From an uncultured Bacilli bacterium (GTDB taxonomy: Bacteria; Bacillota_I; Bacilli_A; RF39; UBA660), in assembly GCA_947589105.1 (NCBI GenBank), contig CANQBL010000002.1:89698-153697 (forward strand): DNA of 64,000 bases. Reading direction: 5' to 3'. The notes beneath the pieces were generated by a model. The model saw only the letters and a list, made by a program, of their open reading frames with translations, did no database searches and had not been told where the DNA came from. The position numbers were made by a program, and so were the translations under genes. Every line of letters starts with the position of its first letter. Position 1 is the stretch's first letter. Below, piece by piece: positions 10,953 to 20,970 of this stretch.

Positions 10953-11016
10953 ATAAGATAACTTTTATGAAAAATGAAGCTATAAGGTGTATAATACGAG
11001 TAGGTGATTAAATATT

Positions 11017-11502
11017 ATGGATTATTTATATGTAGGAAAATTAGTTAATACACATGGTATAAAAGGGGAGGTAAGGTTGTTATCTTCTTTTAGGCATAAA
11101 CAAGAAATTTTTATACCAGGCTTTAAACTTTATATAGGTAAAAATAAGACTGAATATGAGATTGAACATTATAGAAAACATAAAAGTTTTGATATGATAG
11201 TATTCAAAGGTTTTTATGACATTAATATGGTTGAACATTTAAAAGGAAGTTTAGTTTATATTAATAGAAATGATTTAGTACTAGAAAAAAATGTTTTTTT
11301 AGCAGTTGATTTAATTGGATTTAATGTTATAATAAATGATAAATTAATTGGAGTTATAAAGGAAGTTTTAGACACCCCAGCAAACGAGGTATTAGTTTTA
11401 GATAATAAGATTATGATACCCTATGTTAGAGAATTTATAAATAAGGTAGATACTTTAAAAAAAGAAGTAGTAGTAAATGATATGAAAGGGTTATTATCAT
11501 GA
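11017..11502 (+). CDS. rimM: 16S rRNA processing protein RimM
   Basis: N-terminal [16 protein letters not shown] (RimM signature), PRC-barrel-like C-terminus, and its position directly upstream of trmD. Confidence 0.9.
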   Translation: MDYLYVGKLVNTHGIKGEVRLLSSFRHKQEIFIPGFKLYIGKNKTEYEIEHYRKHKSFDMIVFKGFYDINMVEHLKGSLVYINRNDLVLEKNVFLAVDLIGFNVIINDKLIGVIKEVLDTPANEVLVLDNKIMIPYVREFINKVDTLKKEVVVNDMKGLLS

Positions 11503-12689
11503 AAATAGATATTTTAACTTTATTTCCGAACATGTTTAACGGTTTTAAAGAAGAGTCAATAATAAAAAGAGCAATTAAAGATAAAAAAGTAAAAATAAAC
11601 ACGGTTAATTTTAGAGAATTTGCTAGTAATAAACATAAAAAAGTAGATGATACACCTTATGGTGGGGGATCAGGAATGGTTTTAATGTGCCAACCAATTT
11701 TTGATGCGGTAGATAGTATAAAAACAAAAAAATCTAAAATTATTTTATTAACTCCTCAAGGAAAAACATTTAACCAGAAAAAAGCTTATGAATTATCAAA
11801 GGAAGAACATTTAATTTTTATATGTGGACATTACGAAGGATTTGATGAAAGAATTAAAAGTATATGTGATGAAGAAATATCAATTGGAGATTTTGTTTTA
11901 ACTGGAGGAGAATTACCTGCTATGGTTATTTGTGATTCAATAGTAAGGTTAATTCCTGGAGTAATTGATGATGAATCTTCTAAATATGAATCTTTTAATG
12001 ATGGATTATTGGATTATCCTTCTTATACAAAGCCAAGAAATTATAAAGGTATGCAAGTTCCAGATGTGTTATTAACTGGAAATCATGAAAAAATAAATAA
12101 CTGGCGTAAGGAAAAAAGATTAAAAGTAACAAGTGAAAAAAGACCAGATTTATTGAAAAATAAAGTAAAAATAGATAAAACTGGAATAAAGGAAAACAAG
12201 AATAAAATTTGTGTTGATGATATAAAAAATATAAAAGTTACTGAGGTAAGACCTGTTAGAAGAACCGGAATTTATAAAATTTTAAAAAATGATGATATAA
12301 AAGCGATTACCATTTTAAACCCAAACTTAATATATGGTTATAAATTAAGGGGAAAAAATAGTAGTAATAGCATTAATAAGATATTAATTGTAAAAAAAGA
12401 GTTTATTACTAAAATTGCCATGAAAAACGTAAGAAAAAAGATTGATATACTTAATTATCGTTTTAATTTAGTTCTTTCAAGCGAAGAAGATGATGAAGGT
12501 ACATCAAGAGTATTGGGTGAGGCAGAAATGTTAAAACAAATGATAATTAATACTTACGCAAATTTTTTAGGAGAAAAAAATTTGGATAAAATTATTAAAA
12601 ATATAAATTATTTAATAAATGAGTTTGTTAAGGCAAAAACGTTTCAAAATCAGTTTTTTAGCAAACCAAAACAAGAGCGAAGAAGATAA
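11499..12689 (+). CDS. trmD: tRNA (guanine37-N1)-methyltransferase TrmD with an approximately 165-aa C-terminal extension of unknown function
   Basis: [13 protein letters not shown]...[14 protein letters not shown]...RPDLL is the complete TrmD fold, ending near residue 230. The ORF continues in frame to 396 aa with a K/N-rich domain that has no recognisable motif. Confidence 0.9.
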   Translation: MKIDILTLFPNMFNGFKEESIIKRAIKDKKVKINTVNFREFASNKHKKVDDTPYGGGSGMVLMCQPIFDAVDSIKTKKSKIILLTPQGKTFNQKKAYELSKEEHLIFICGHYEGFDERIKSICDEEISIGDFVLTGGELPAMVICDSIVRLIPGVIDDESSKYESFNDGLLDYPSYTKPRNYKGMQVPDVLLTGNHEKINNWRKEKRLKVTSEKRPDLLKNKVKIDKTGIKENKNKICVDDIKNIKVTEVRPVRRTGIYKILKNDDIKAITILNPNLIYGYKLRGKNSSNSINKILIVKKEFITKIAMKNVRKKIDILNYRFNLVLSSEEDDEGTSRVLGEAEMLKQMIINTYANFLGEKNLDKIIKNINYLINEFVKAKTFQNQFFSKPKQERRR

Positions 12690-12690
12690 A

Positions 12691-13203
12691 ATGATAGAAA
12701 AGATTTTTTATGATGAAATACTACCAGAATGTTCTTCTTCAAAACTTGTAATTGGTGATTTTAGTCCCACTATTTTCTTTGATGTAAAAATAGAAGAAGA
12801 AAATATTAATACTTTCAAAAAAGATGTCATTAATCCAAAACCTATTCTTGTAATAAATAATAAAAGAGAATTTAATAAAGCTCTTAATGAATACGTTGTT
12901 CGAGGTATTGATTTTTATTATAAAGGTGTTATAAACCACGATAATATTAAGTCATTAATTGCTTATGTTTTTTCTAATGCAACGAATGAAGATCTTGCTA
13001 ATCCAGTTTTATTTTTAAAATTAAGAAAAGCTTTTTTTGATTTTATACCGAGTGTTAATAGTATTAAAAAAAACATACTTGGATATGATGGTAAAATTTC
13101 AATAAATAAATTAAAACCTAATTTAGAGGCTCCGTTGTCATTTGAAGTTGAGGTAAATAATGAAGAACAAATTTATATATTTCCAAATATAATATTGGTA
13201 TAA
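12691..13203 (+). CDS. Hypothetical protein
   Basis: The ATG sits 1 nt after the trmD stop. The six-frame ORF (12619-13203) extends upstream into the trmD frame overlap. No recognisable motifs. Confidence 0.4.
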   Translation: MIEKIFYDEILPECSSSKLVIGDFSPTIFFDVKIEEENINTFKKDVINPKPILVINNKREFNKALNEYVVRGIDFYYKGVINHDNIKSLIAYVFSNATNEDLANPVLFLKLRKAFFDFIPSVNSIKKNILGYDGKISINKLKPNLEAPLSFEVEVNNEEQIYIFPNIILV

Positions 13204-13352
13204 ACGAGGATACAGCTTATATTTATGCTATTCAAAATAAGTTTTTAGAAAATAATTCTTTAAGAAAAAAAATTAATCGGCAATTATTTAAAATAAATAA
13301 AAATTTTACGGATGAAACTGATTCCTTAGTATTTAATTCAAGGGATGTTTCA

Positions 13353-13745
13353 ATGTCATTTGTTGCAATTGTTATATTATTTACTAATTATTTAAAAGAA
13401 CTAGGAATTGAAAAAATAGTAGTACCAGTTAATTTACCAATTAGGTATAATTCCCATTACGAATCTTATAAAAGAAGAATAGATTATGCAATTAAAAATT
13501 ATACTGATGATGAATTTTTAAGTTATAAAGATAAATTACAAGAAAAAAATAAAGCATATGATGATAATACAATTATGAAGCTTATTAGAACTTTTAATCG
13601 GGTTGCAACACAAGGAAATGTTCTTAAGGTAAGGAAATATCCCTTTGTTGGAGATAGTAAAATGTATTTATCAATAAATAAAGAAGGAGTCTTTTATAAT
13701 GATTTTTGCAATGAACTTTATGTTAATAAATCAAAAAGCAAATAA
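13353..13745 (+). CDS. Hypothetical protein (130 aa; ends in KSKSK)
   Basis: SD AAGGGATG lies 5 nt before the ATG. No recognisable family. Confidence 0.45.
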   Translation: MSFVAIVILFTNYLKELGIEKIVVPVNLPIRYNSHYESYKRRIDYAIKNYTDDEFLSYKDKLQEKNKAYDDNTIMKLIRTFNRVATQGNVLKVRKYPFVGDSKMYLSINKEGVFYNDFCNELYVNKSKSK

Positions 13746-13792
13746 AACTTGCATAAAATTAAATTATATGATAAAATCTTAATGTTTAAAAA

Positions 13793-13836
13793 AGGCAATC
13801 CGCCGCATATATTTGCATGATTGCTGGTTATAAATA
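13793..13836 (+). promoter_or_regulatory. GC-rich imperfect hairpin in the rplS 5' leader (GCAATC-cgccgcatatatttgcat-GATTGC); candidate L19 autoregulatory leader
   Basis: An unusually GC-rich structured element about 20 nt upstream of the rplS SD in a roughly 25% GC genome. Firmicute rplS genes are known to carry an L19 leader (Rfam L19_leader). No covariance check was possible. Confidence 0.25.
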
Positions 13837-13854
13837 AAGAAAGGAATACTGAAG

Positions 13855-14193
13855 ATGAATAAGATTGAGAAAATTACAAACAAACAATTAAATCCTTCTG
13901 TTCCAGAATTTAGGGTTGGAGATACCGTAAACGTAGGAGTTAGAATAATCGAAGGAAAAAAAGAAAGAATCCAAGCTTTTGAAGGAGTAGTTATATCTCG
14001 TAAAGGTTCTGGTGTTTCAGAAACATTTACATTACGTAAAATGTCAGGCGGAATTGGTGTTGAAAGAACGTTCCCAATTCATTCTCCAAAACTTGATTCT
14101 ATTACCGTAACAAGAAAAGGTAAAGCAAGACGTGCTAAGTTATATTACGCTAGAGATATAGTTGGCCAATTTAAACTTAAGGAAAGAAATTAA
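13855..14193 (+). CDS. rplS: 50S ribosomal protein L19
   Basis: [34 protein letters not shown]...[22 protein letters not shown] is a canonical L19 sequence. SD AAAGGAA. Confidence 0.95.
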   Translation: MNKIEKITNKQLNPSVPEFRVGDTVNVGVRIIEGKKERIQAFEGVVISRKGSGVSETFTLRKMSGGIGVERTFPIHSPKLDSITVTRKGKARRAKLYYARDIVGQFKLKERN

Positions 14194-14194
14194 T

Positions 14195-14219
14195 AAGGCT
14201 ATGCATGCCTTATTTTTTA
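14195..14219 (+). terminator. Rho-independent terminator (AAGGC-tatgcat-GCCTT + UUUUUUAUU)
   Basis: Hairpin and U-run immediately after the rplS stop. Confidence 0.65.
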
Positions 14220-14232
14220 TTAGGTGATTAAT

Positions 14233-14754
14233 ATGAACAAAGAAAAAATTAAAAAACTGTTAAAAGAATTATTGCCTTACGTAATTATTATTATAATAGT
14301 TATATTAGTTAGAACGTTTATTATTACTCCAGCAGTTGTAGATGGGGATTCTATGCTTCCTAATCTTCAAAATAATAATGTTATTATTTTAAATAAACTT
14401 GATTTTAAACTAAATGATATAAAAAGGTTCGATGTAGTAGTAGTTAATTATAAAGATGAAAAACTTATAAAAAGAGTAATTGGCTTACCTGGGGAACATA
14501 TTGAATATAAAGATAATTGTTTATATGTTAACGGATTTGTTACAAATGAAAATTTTAATCATAAAAATACTGCTGATTATAAATTAGAAATGATTGGATA
14601 TTTAACTATTCCGGGAGATAAATACTTTGTAGTAGGAGATAATAGAACTGATTCTACTGATTCAAGGGTACTTGGTTTAATAGATAAAAAGGATATATTA
14701 GGAAGCGTATCTTATAGAATCTTTCCATTAAATAAGATAAGCAAAATTAAATAA
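14233..14754 (+). CDS. lepB: Signal peptidase I
   Basis: SPase I boxes VVDGDSMLPNL (box B, catalytic Ser), KRVIGLPGE (box D, Lys) and VVGDNRTDSTDSR (box E), with an N-terminal TM helix. AGGTGA lies 5 nt before the ATG at 14233. Confidence 0.9.
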   Translation: MNKEKIKKLLKELLPYVIIIIIVILVRTFIITPAVVDGDSMLPNLQNNNVIILNKLDFKLNDIKRFDVVVVNYKDEKLIKRVIGLPGEHIEYKDNCLYVNGFVTNENFNHKNTADYKLEMIGYLTIPGDKYFVVGDNRTDSTDSRVLGLIDKKDILGSVSYRIFPLNKISKIK

Positions 14755-14783
14755 CTAAATTATTAATGATATGTTAAAAATAA

Positions 14784-14819
14784 ACGTAAGTCTAATTTTA
14801 AAGGACTTACGTATTTTAT
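14784..14819 (+). terminator. Rho-independent terminator (ACGTAAGTC / GACTTACGT, 9-bp stem)
   Basis: Perfect 9-bp inverted repeat followed by ATTTTATG, 30 nt after lepB. Confidence 0.65.
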
Positions 14820-15223
14820 GTTAAAAAAATAGTTTAACTATTTATAATTTTGTTAATTTACTAATTAGTATTACTCATGATATAATTAATACTGGGTTAA
14901 TATTATCGAGTTTTAAAAATAAAAAAATACGTACTCAAAAAACCTAAGTTAGCTAAAAATAATAGATTTATAGGAATTAATAGGTGATTACTGCATTAAA
15001 CCACCATAAAATTGTAAATTTTTAATATTTGAATATGATTTAATGTATAAAAATAAAGAAAAATTAAAATAGATAAAAGAAAATTAAGTGATGAATTAAT
15101 ATTGTATTTAAAGTAAATAAAAAATTAGTTAAAATTAGTTTTTTTATTACATATAAAACTAAAGAAGATCGTTTATCTAAAGATTTAAATAATTCATATA
15201 AATAATTTAGAGAGAGTGATATT

Positions 15224-16390
15224 ATGATAGATATAAAATACAAAAAGATATATGATAAATTTGTTGAGCACTATAAAAATACCCACGTTAATCCATGGCA
15301 TGAAATAAGTGAATATCAACTAGAACAGTTATATAATAATTTAATTGATTCTATGAATGTCGATAATGAATACAATTTTAAATATTTTATGGATTATATT
15401 ATAAAAAGATTGAGTGGAAAAACAGACGCACATACCGTATATGATGCAGTATCTTTAATTCCTATGAATTTTAGGATATTTGATAATGAAATATTAGTTA
15501 ATTTTCCAGATGATTTAAGAAATAGTAGATTATTATCTATCAATGGAATAAGTCTAAATTTAATTATAAGTGAGTTAGAAGAAGTTATTACTTATGGTAC
15601 TCTTGGAAAAAGAAAATACGAATTAGAAAAATCACTATTTAATAGATATATATTATTTGGTCTTCCACATTTTAGAAATACGGATGAATTAATTTTTGAA
15701 CTAGAAAAAGATAATGGTCAAAAAATAATAAAAAAATTTAATAAAAGTGAAAAATATCCTGAAAAAGAATTGTTTGATTATAATAAGTATCGTTATGGAG
15801 ATAATGCAACATATAAAATTATCGATAATTGTCTAATTTATAACCACAGTTCTGTTCAAGCTAGATTTAAAGAAAAAATAGAACAAGCTATTGTTAATTT
15901 AAAACAAGAAAATTTATATGATATAGATACAATTATTATTGATATTAGAGGTAATACGGGTGGTAATTCCGCTTTAAATAAAATATTAATGGACTTTATT
16001 GAAGAACATAAAGATAAAAAACTAATATGCTTGACTGATTATAGGGTTTTTTCTGGTGGAAGATATGCTTTAAGAGATTTAATAAATTTAGGGGCAACTA
16101 CGATTGGGGAAGAAATAAGTACTCCAATAAATTGTTATGGCAATAGTAATTGGATTGACATAGATGGACATTATTTTTCAGTATCAGAATGCTATTTTCA
16201 TCCATTTTTAGGATGGGGAGCTTCTTCGAAAGAAGAATTTCAAAAAGAAGCAACTGATGAAGTGCTTTTGCCATATATATTTAGGCCTGATATTTTAATT
16301 GAAACAAAAAAAGAGGATTATATACAAAATGTAGATACAATTTTAAATTATTCAATACATTATAGTGAAAATAAAATAAAAAGGATGTGA
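15224..16390 (+). CDS. Peptidase S41 (C-terminal processing protease)-like protein, no signal peptide
   Basis: IIIDIRGNTGGNSALNKIL matches the S41 I-I-D-L-R-x-N-x-G-G motif. The downstream VFSGGRYAL and GATTIGEEISTP resemble the Ser-nucleophile and G-x-x-x-G-K-G regions. The N-terminus is hydrophilic. Confidence 0.5.
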   Translation: MIDIKYKKIYDKFVEHYKNTHVNPWHEISEYQLEQLYNNLIDSMNVDNEYNFKYFMDYIIKRLSGKTDAHTVYDAVSLIPMNFRIFDNEILVNFPDDLRNSRLLSINGISLNLIISELEEVITYGTLGKRKYELEKSLFNRYILFGLPHFRNTDELIFELEKDNGQKIIKKFNKSEKYPEKELFDYNKYRYGDNATYKIIDNCLIYNHSSVQARFKEKIEQAIVNLKQENLYDIDTIIIDIRGNTGGNSALNKILMDFIEEHKDKKLICLTDYRVFSGGRYALRDLINLGATTIGEEISTPINCYGNSNWIDIDGHYFSVSECYFHPFLGWGASSKEEFQKEATDEVLLPYIFRPDILIETKKEDYIQNVDTILNYSIHYSENKIKRM

Positions 16391-16396
16391 TAATAA

Positions 16397-16432
16397 TGGA
16401 AAATCGACAAAATCAGGCAAATATAAATTGGT
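16397..16432 (+). pseudogene. Duplicated 5' fragment of rbgA (first 12 codons: MENRQNQANINW), 33/36 nt identical to 17147-17182
   Basis: The sequence atggaaaatcgacaaaatcaggcaaatataaattgg at 16397 differs from atggacaatcgacaaaatcaggcaaatatcaactgg at 17147 at only 3 positions. Similarity extends about 13 nt further upstream (ggatgtgataataatgg versus ggaagtgatttaaatgg). Confidence 0.6.
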
Positions 16433-16714
16433 TGATTACGATTTATTTAACTCACTAGTGAAACCTTATAAATAAAGGGTTTTCGTGAAAAACGATCTTA
16501 CACGTTTTATTAAAAAATGTCTAAATTACTTAAATTTGATAAAAATACTTTAAATTTATGTGATGAATTGAAAAGATGATTACGACATTTAACCCTTATA
16601 AAATTATGTATTTGAGATTTATTATGTTTAAATGAAAGAAAAATTAAATAAATGTAAAAATATGCAAAATAGAAGATGTAATTTTAGTTGACGTATTGAA
16701 AGGAAAAAAATAAA

Positions 16715-17119
16715 ATGAAAAAAGATTTAATGAAAACTAATGTTTATGATACTCAAAATATAATGGTAATTGTAGGAAGTTGCTTGGAAAAAATGCAACC
16801 TAAAGCATACAAGAAACTAACTAAATATTCAGATATAATTTATGATGTTTGTTTAGAAGAAACTCATATAAATATGGTAATAACTAAAATTATAGGAATG
16901 ATTTGTAGGACAAATATTGATAAAATAGTATTTGCTTCTGTAGACAAATCTCCACATTGTATACAATTACACTACATAGAAAATGAAATAAGAAAAGCTA
17001 TGGATATAAGCAGCATAAAAATAATTCATTATGTTGCTGTTGATAATAATTTAATTGAGATATCAAACGAAACTATAAAAAAATCGAAAGCATTAAGTGA
17101 ATTAGAAAAAATGAAATAA
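16715..17119 (+). CDS. Hypothetical protein (134 aa) located between the two rbgA-start copies
   Basis: SD AAAGGAAA and a TTGACG -35 element upstream. No recognisable family. Confidence 0.45.
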   Translation: MKKDLMKTNVYDTQNIMVIVGSCLEKMQPKAYKKLTKYSDIIYDVCLEETHINMVITKIIGMICRTNIDKIVFASVDKSPHCIQLHYIENEIRKAMDISSIKIIHYVAVDNNLIEISNETIKKSKALSELEKMK

Positions 17120-17146
17120 TATTAATTTAGTTAGGAAGTGATTTAA

Positions 17147-18016
17147 ATGGACAATCGACAAAATCAGGCAAATATCAACTGGTATCCCGGTCATATGGCA
17201 AAAACTAGGCGGGAAATAAAAGAAAGTATAAATATGGTAGATATCATTTATGAGGTTGTAGATGCTAGGATTCCTTTATCTTCAAAAATAAAAGATATAG
17301 ATGATTTAATACAAAATAAACCAAGAATTTTGATTATGACTAAGTCTGATTTATGTGATTTAAATAAAACTTCTTTATGGATAAAAAAATATGAAGAAAA
17401 AGGTTATAAGGTTGCTTTAATTGATTTAATTAATAACAAGGGTATTAATAAAATATATGAATTAACTGATTTGTTATTAAAGGAATTAAATATTAAAAGG
17501 CAAGAAAAAGGATTAAAAAAAAGAGCATACCGAGCATTAATTATAGGAATTCCTAACGTTGGAAAGTCAACGCTTATAAATAGATTGGTTGGTAAAAATG
17601 TTACTATAACTGGTAACAAACCAGGAATAACAAAAAGGCTTTCTTGGGTAAGAATAAATAAAGATTTAGAATTATTAGATACTCCTGGTATATTGTGGCC
17701 TAAAATAGATAATGAAGTACAAGCTTATAATTTAGCAGCTTTTTCAGCGATAAAAGAGGAAATATTACCATTGGGGAAAGTTGCTTGTTATATTTTATCC
17801 GTAATGGCTAATAGATATAAAGAGAGTTTAAATTTAAGGTATAACATGAATGATTTTAATATTAATGATATTACTCCAACTTATGATATAATAGGTAGGA
17901 AAAGAGGGTGTTTGGTATCTGGCGGAGAAGTTGATTATGATAAAGTATCAAATATAATAATTAAAGATTTAAGGGAAGGAAAGTTAGGAAAAATAACTTT
18001 TGATGAGGTTGTATAA
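17147..18016 (+). CDS. rbgA: Ribosome biogenesis GTPase A (YlqF/RbgA)
   Basis: NINWYPGHMAK...IIYEVVDARIP..., circularly permuted GTPase motifs, P-loop IGIPNVGKSTLINRL. Confidence 0.9.
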   Translation: MDNRQNQANINWYPGHMAKTRREIKESINMVDIIYEVVDARIPLSSKIKDIDDLIQNKPRILIMTKSDLCDLNKTSLWIKKYEEKGYKVALIDLINNKGINKIYELTDLLLKELNIKRQEKGLKKRAYRALIIGIPNVGKSTLINRLVGKNVTITGNKPGITKRLSWVRINKDLELLDTPGILWPKIDNEVQAYNLAAFSAIKEEILPLGKVACYILSVMANRYKESLNLRYNMNDFNINDITPTYDIIGRKRGCLVSGGEVDYDKVSNIIIKDLREGKLGKITFDEVV

Positions 18017-18162
18017 ATGACTTTAGATTTTATTGAGTATTTAGAAAATAAGAATTTTGATGTAGATTAAATAGCTTTTAAGAAAAATAAGAAAGTATTA
18101 ATGATTTCATTAGAAAGCTTTCTTTATGGTGGCATTTTAACTATTTAAAAAGGGAAAGAATA

Positions 18163-18789
18163 ATGATAAAAAACGAATTATATGAGTATGAGAATGAATT
18201 GTGGAATAAAGGCTTTGAAAACGTAGCAGGTTGTGATGAAGCAGGTCGTGGGCCTTTGTTTGGACCGGTAGTTTGTGCTTCTGTAATATTACCACATAAT
18301 TTTATTTTAGAAGGATTAGATGATTCTAAAAAATTATCTGAAAAGAAAAGAGAAGAATATTATCCTATAATTATGAAGGAAGCTCTTTCTGTTGGCATAT
18401 CTATTGTTTCTGCGGAAGAAATAGATAAAATAAACATATATGAGGCCTCAAGACAGGGAATGCTAAGGGCAATAAAAAAAATGAATGTAAAACCAGACTT
18501 CGTTATAACCGATGCGATGCCTCTTGATGGCTTTATAAACATACCAAGTAAGCCAATAATTAAAGGGGACGCAAAAAGTATAACGATTGCAGCAGCAAGC
18601 GTAATAGCTAAAGTAACCAGAGATAAATTGATGTACGAAGAAAGCAAAAGACATCCAAAATATCTTTTTGACAAACATAAAGGATATCCGACAAAAAAAC
18701 ACATTGAATTATTAAATAAATATGGTATAATTAACGGATACAGGCGGACGTATGGGCCGGTAAAAAAATATTTAGATGAGCATAAATAG
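18163..18789 (+). CDS. rnhB: Ribonuclease HII
   Basis: N-terminal GCDEAGRGPLFGPVV, the RNase HII active-site block. Confidence 0.9.
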   Translation: MIKNELYEYENELWNKGFENVAGCDEAGRGPLFGPVVCASVILPHNFILEGLDDSKKLSEKKREEYYPIIMKEALSVGISIVSAEEIDKINIYEASRQGMLRAIKKMNVKPDFVITDAMPLDGFINIPSKPIIKGDAKSITIAAASVIAKVTRDKLMYEESKRHPKYLFDKHKGYPTKKHIELLNKYGIINGYRRTYGPVKKYLDEHK

Positions 18790-18806
18790 TATTGGGAGGC
18801 ATGGTT

Positions 18807-20831
18807 ATGAGTAAAAACTTAGTAATAGTTGAATCTCCTACTAAAACAAAGGCGATAGAAAAATATCTTGGTGGTGATTACAAAGTAGTTTCAAGTAAAG
18901 GCCATATAAGAGATTTGGCAACTTCTGGTAAATATGGTTTTGGAGTTGATTTGGAAAATAATTTTAACCCGAAATATGAGCCAATTAAAGGCAAGAAAAA
19001 AGATATTTTAGCATTAAAAAAAGAAGCAAAGAAATCCAAAAAGGTTTATCTAGCAACGGACCCTGATCGTGAGGGTGAGGCTATTTCCTGGCATTTAAAA
19101 GATGCTTTAGATTTAAATGATGAAGATTATGAGCGAGTTGTGTTTAATGAAATCACTAAGGATGTGGTTATTGATGCTTTTAATCATCCTAGAAAAATTG
19201 ATGAGGATTTGGTTCATAGCCAAGAAACCAGAAGAATATTAGACAGAATAATTGGTTTTAGATTAAGTAAGTTGATGCAGTCTAAAACAGGTGGAAAATC
19301 GGCTGGAAGGGTTCAATCTGTTGCGCTTAAATTAATAGTTGATCGTGAGCGCGAGATAGAAGCTTTTAAAGAAGAAGAATACTGGACTATAACAGCTAAA
19401 TTTCCAGAATTAGATGCTGATTTAGATACCATAGAAGGTAAGAAAGCGGAACTTAAAAGTGAAATAGAAGCAAATGATGTAATTTCGAGTTTAAAAAAAG
19501 AATTTATTGTGTCAAATTACGAAACTAAATTAAAGAAGAAAACTTCAAAATTTCCGTTTATAACGTCAACGATGCAACAAGAAGCTATATCTAAGTTAGG
19601 CTTTTCTTCAAAAAAGACAATGCAAATAGCTCAAAAACTGTATGAAGGTATTGATATTGAAAGTGAAACAATAGGTTTAATAACATACATGAGAACTGAT
19701 TCTGTTAGATTATCTGATGAGTTTGTTAAACAAAGTTATGCTTTTATTAAAAAAAATTATGGTGAAGAATATATTGGTCATGTAAAAACTGCTAAAAAGA
19801 AAGAAAACGTACAAGATGCGCATGAAGCAATACGTCCTTCTAGCATTAACAGAACACCAGAAAGTATCAAAAAATATTTATCTAAAGATGAATATAAGTT
19901 GTATGAAATGATATATGCTAGAGCTCTTGCTTCACTAATGAAAGAAGCTAAGGTAAATGCTACAACGATTACTTTAGATAACAACAATAAAACGTTTAAA
20001 GCAACCGGGCAGGTTTTAGTTTTTAATGGTTATTTAAAAGTTTATGAAAAGTTTGAATCATCGGAGGAAAAGACTCTTCCAAAATATAAAATTGGAGATG
20101 TATTAGTTTCAAATGAAATATTAAAGGAACAACATTTTACTAAACCACCAGCTAGATATACGGAAGCAAAACTTATAAAAGAAATGGAAGAACTTGGGAT
20201 AGGAAGACCTTCTACTTATGCATCTACTATCACTACCTTAACTCAAAGGGGTTATGTGATAATATCGGATAAAAAATTAAACCCTACTGACATTGGTATT
20301 GAAACAACTGATAAATTGCAAGAATTTTTTAGTGATTTAATAAATGTTAAGTATACTGCTAAAATGGAACAGGATTTAGATAAAATTGCTGAGGGTAAGA
20401 AAATATGGTATAAATTACTTGAAGCATTCTATAAAGCTTTTGAATTGGAAGTTAATAATGCTTTTGATAAAATGAAAAAAAAGGAAGATGAACAAACTGG
20501 AGAATTTTGCCCTAATTGTGGCAAACCAATGGTTATTAAAAATGGTAAATTTGGCAAGTTTGAAGCTTGTTCTGGTTATCCTGAGTGTAAATATATTAAG
20601 CCAAAACAAAAAGCTCCTGTAATAGAAGTTTGTATATGTCCTAAATGTGGAGGAAAAATAGTTGAAAGAAAAACTAAAAAGGGAAAAATATTTTATGGCT
20701 GTGGTAATTTTCCTAAGTGTAAAGTAGCAGTATGGGACAAACCAACTGGAGAATTATGTCCAGAATGCCATAGCTTATTAGTTTATAAAGAAGAAAAGAT
20801 AAAGTGTTCTTCATGTGATTATGAAAGGTAA
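18807..20831 (+). CDS. topA: DNA topoisomerase I
   Basis: Toprim start MSKNLVIVESPTKTKAIEKYLG and the active-site region. Three C-terminal C4 zinc ribbons (CPNCGKPM..C.GYPEC; CPKCGG..CGNFPKC; CPECHS...CSSCD). GGGAGG lies 7 nt before the ATG at 18807. Confidence 0.95.
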   Translation: MSKNLVIVESPTKTKAIEKYLGGDYKVVSSKGHIRDLATSGKYGFGVDLENNFNPKYEPIKGKKKDILALKKEAKKSKKVYLATDPDREGEAISWHLKDALDLNDEDYERVVFNEITKDVVIDAFNHPRKIDEDLVHSQETRRILDRIIGFRLSKLMQSKTGGKSAGRVQSVALKLIVDREREIEAFKEEEYWTITAKFPELDADLDTIEGKKAELKSEIEANDVISSLKKEFIVSNYETKLKKKTSKFPFITSTMQQEAISKLGFSSKKTMQIAQKLYEGIDIESETIGLITYMRTDSVRLSDEFVKQSYAFIKKNYGEEYIGHVKTAKKKENVQDAHEAIRPSSINRTPESIKKYLSKDEYKLYEMIYARALASLMKEAKVNATTITLDNNNKTFKATGQVLVFNGYLKVYEKFESSEEKTLPKYKIGDVLVSNEILKEQHFTKPPARYTEAKLIKEMEELGIGRPSTYASTITTLTQRGYVIISDKKLNPTDIGIETTDKLQEFFSDLINVKYTAKMEQDLDKIAEGKKIWYKLLEAFYKAFELEVNNAFDKMKKKEDEQTGEFCPNCGKPMVIKNGKFGKFEACSGYPECKYIKPKQKAPVIEVCICPKCGGKIVERKTKKGKIFYGCGNFPKCKVAVWDKPTGELCPECHSLLVYKEEKIKCSSCDYER

Positions 20832-20970
20832 ATAACTTATTGTATGTATATCATACATTTGTATTATTTACTTTTTTTATTATATATGTTACCCTTATTA
20901 AGGCTTTAAATTTTTATATGCAAGCTAATTAAGTGGAATAAAATAAGTTAACAGAATATAATAATATCGA

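Noticed and set aside
18019-18069. 16-codon ORF (MTLDFIEYLENKNFDVD) overlapping the rbgA stop, and the AGAAAGCTTTCT palindrome at about 18107-18118
   Set aside because: Too short and lacking an SD. The palindrome has no U-run and no second copy. Likely incidental.
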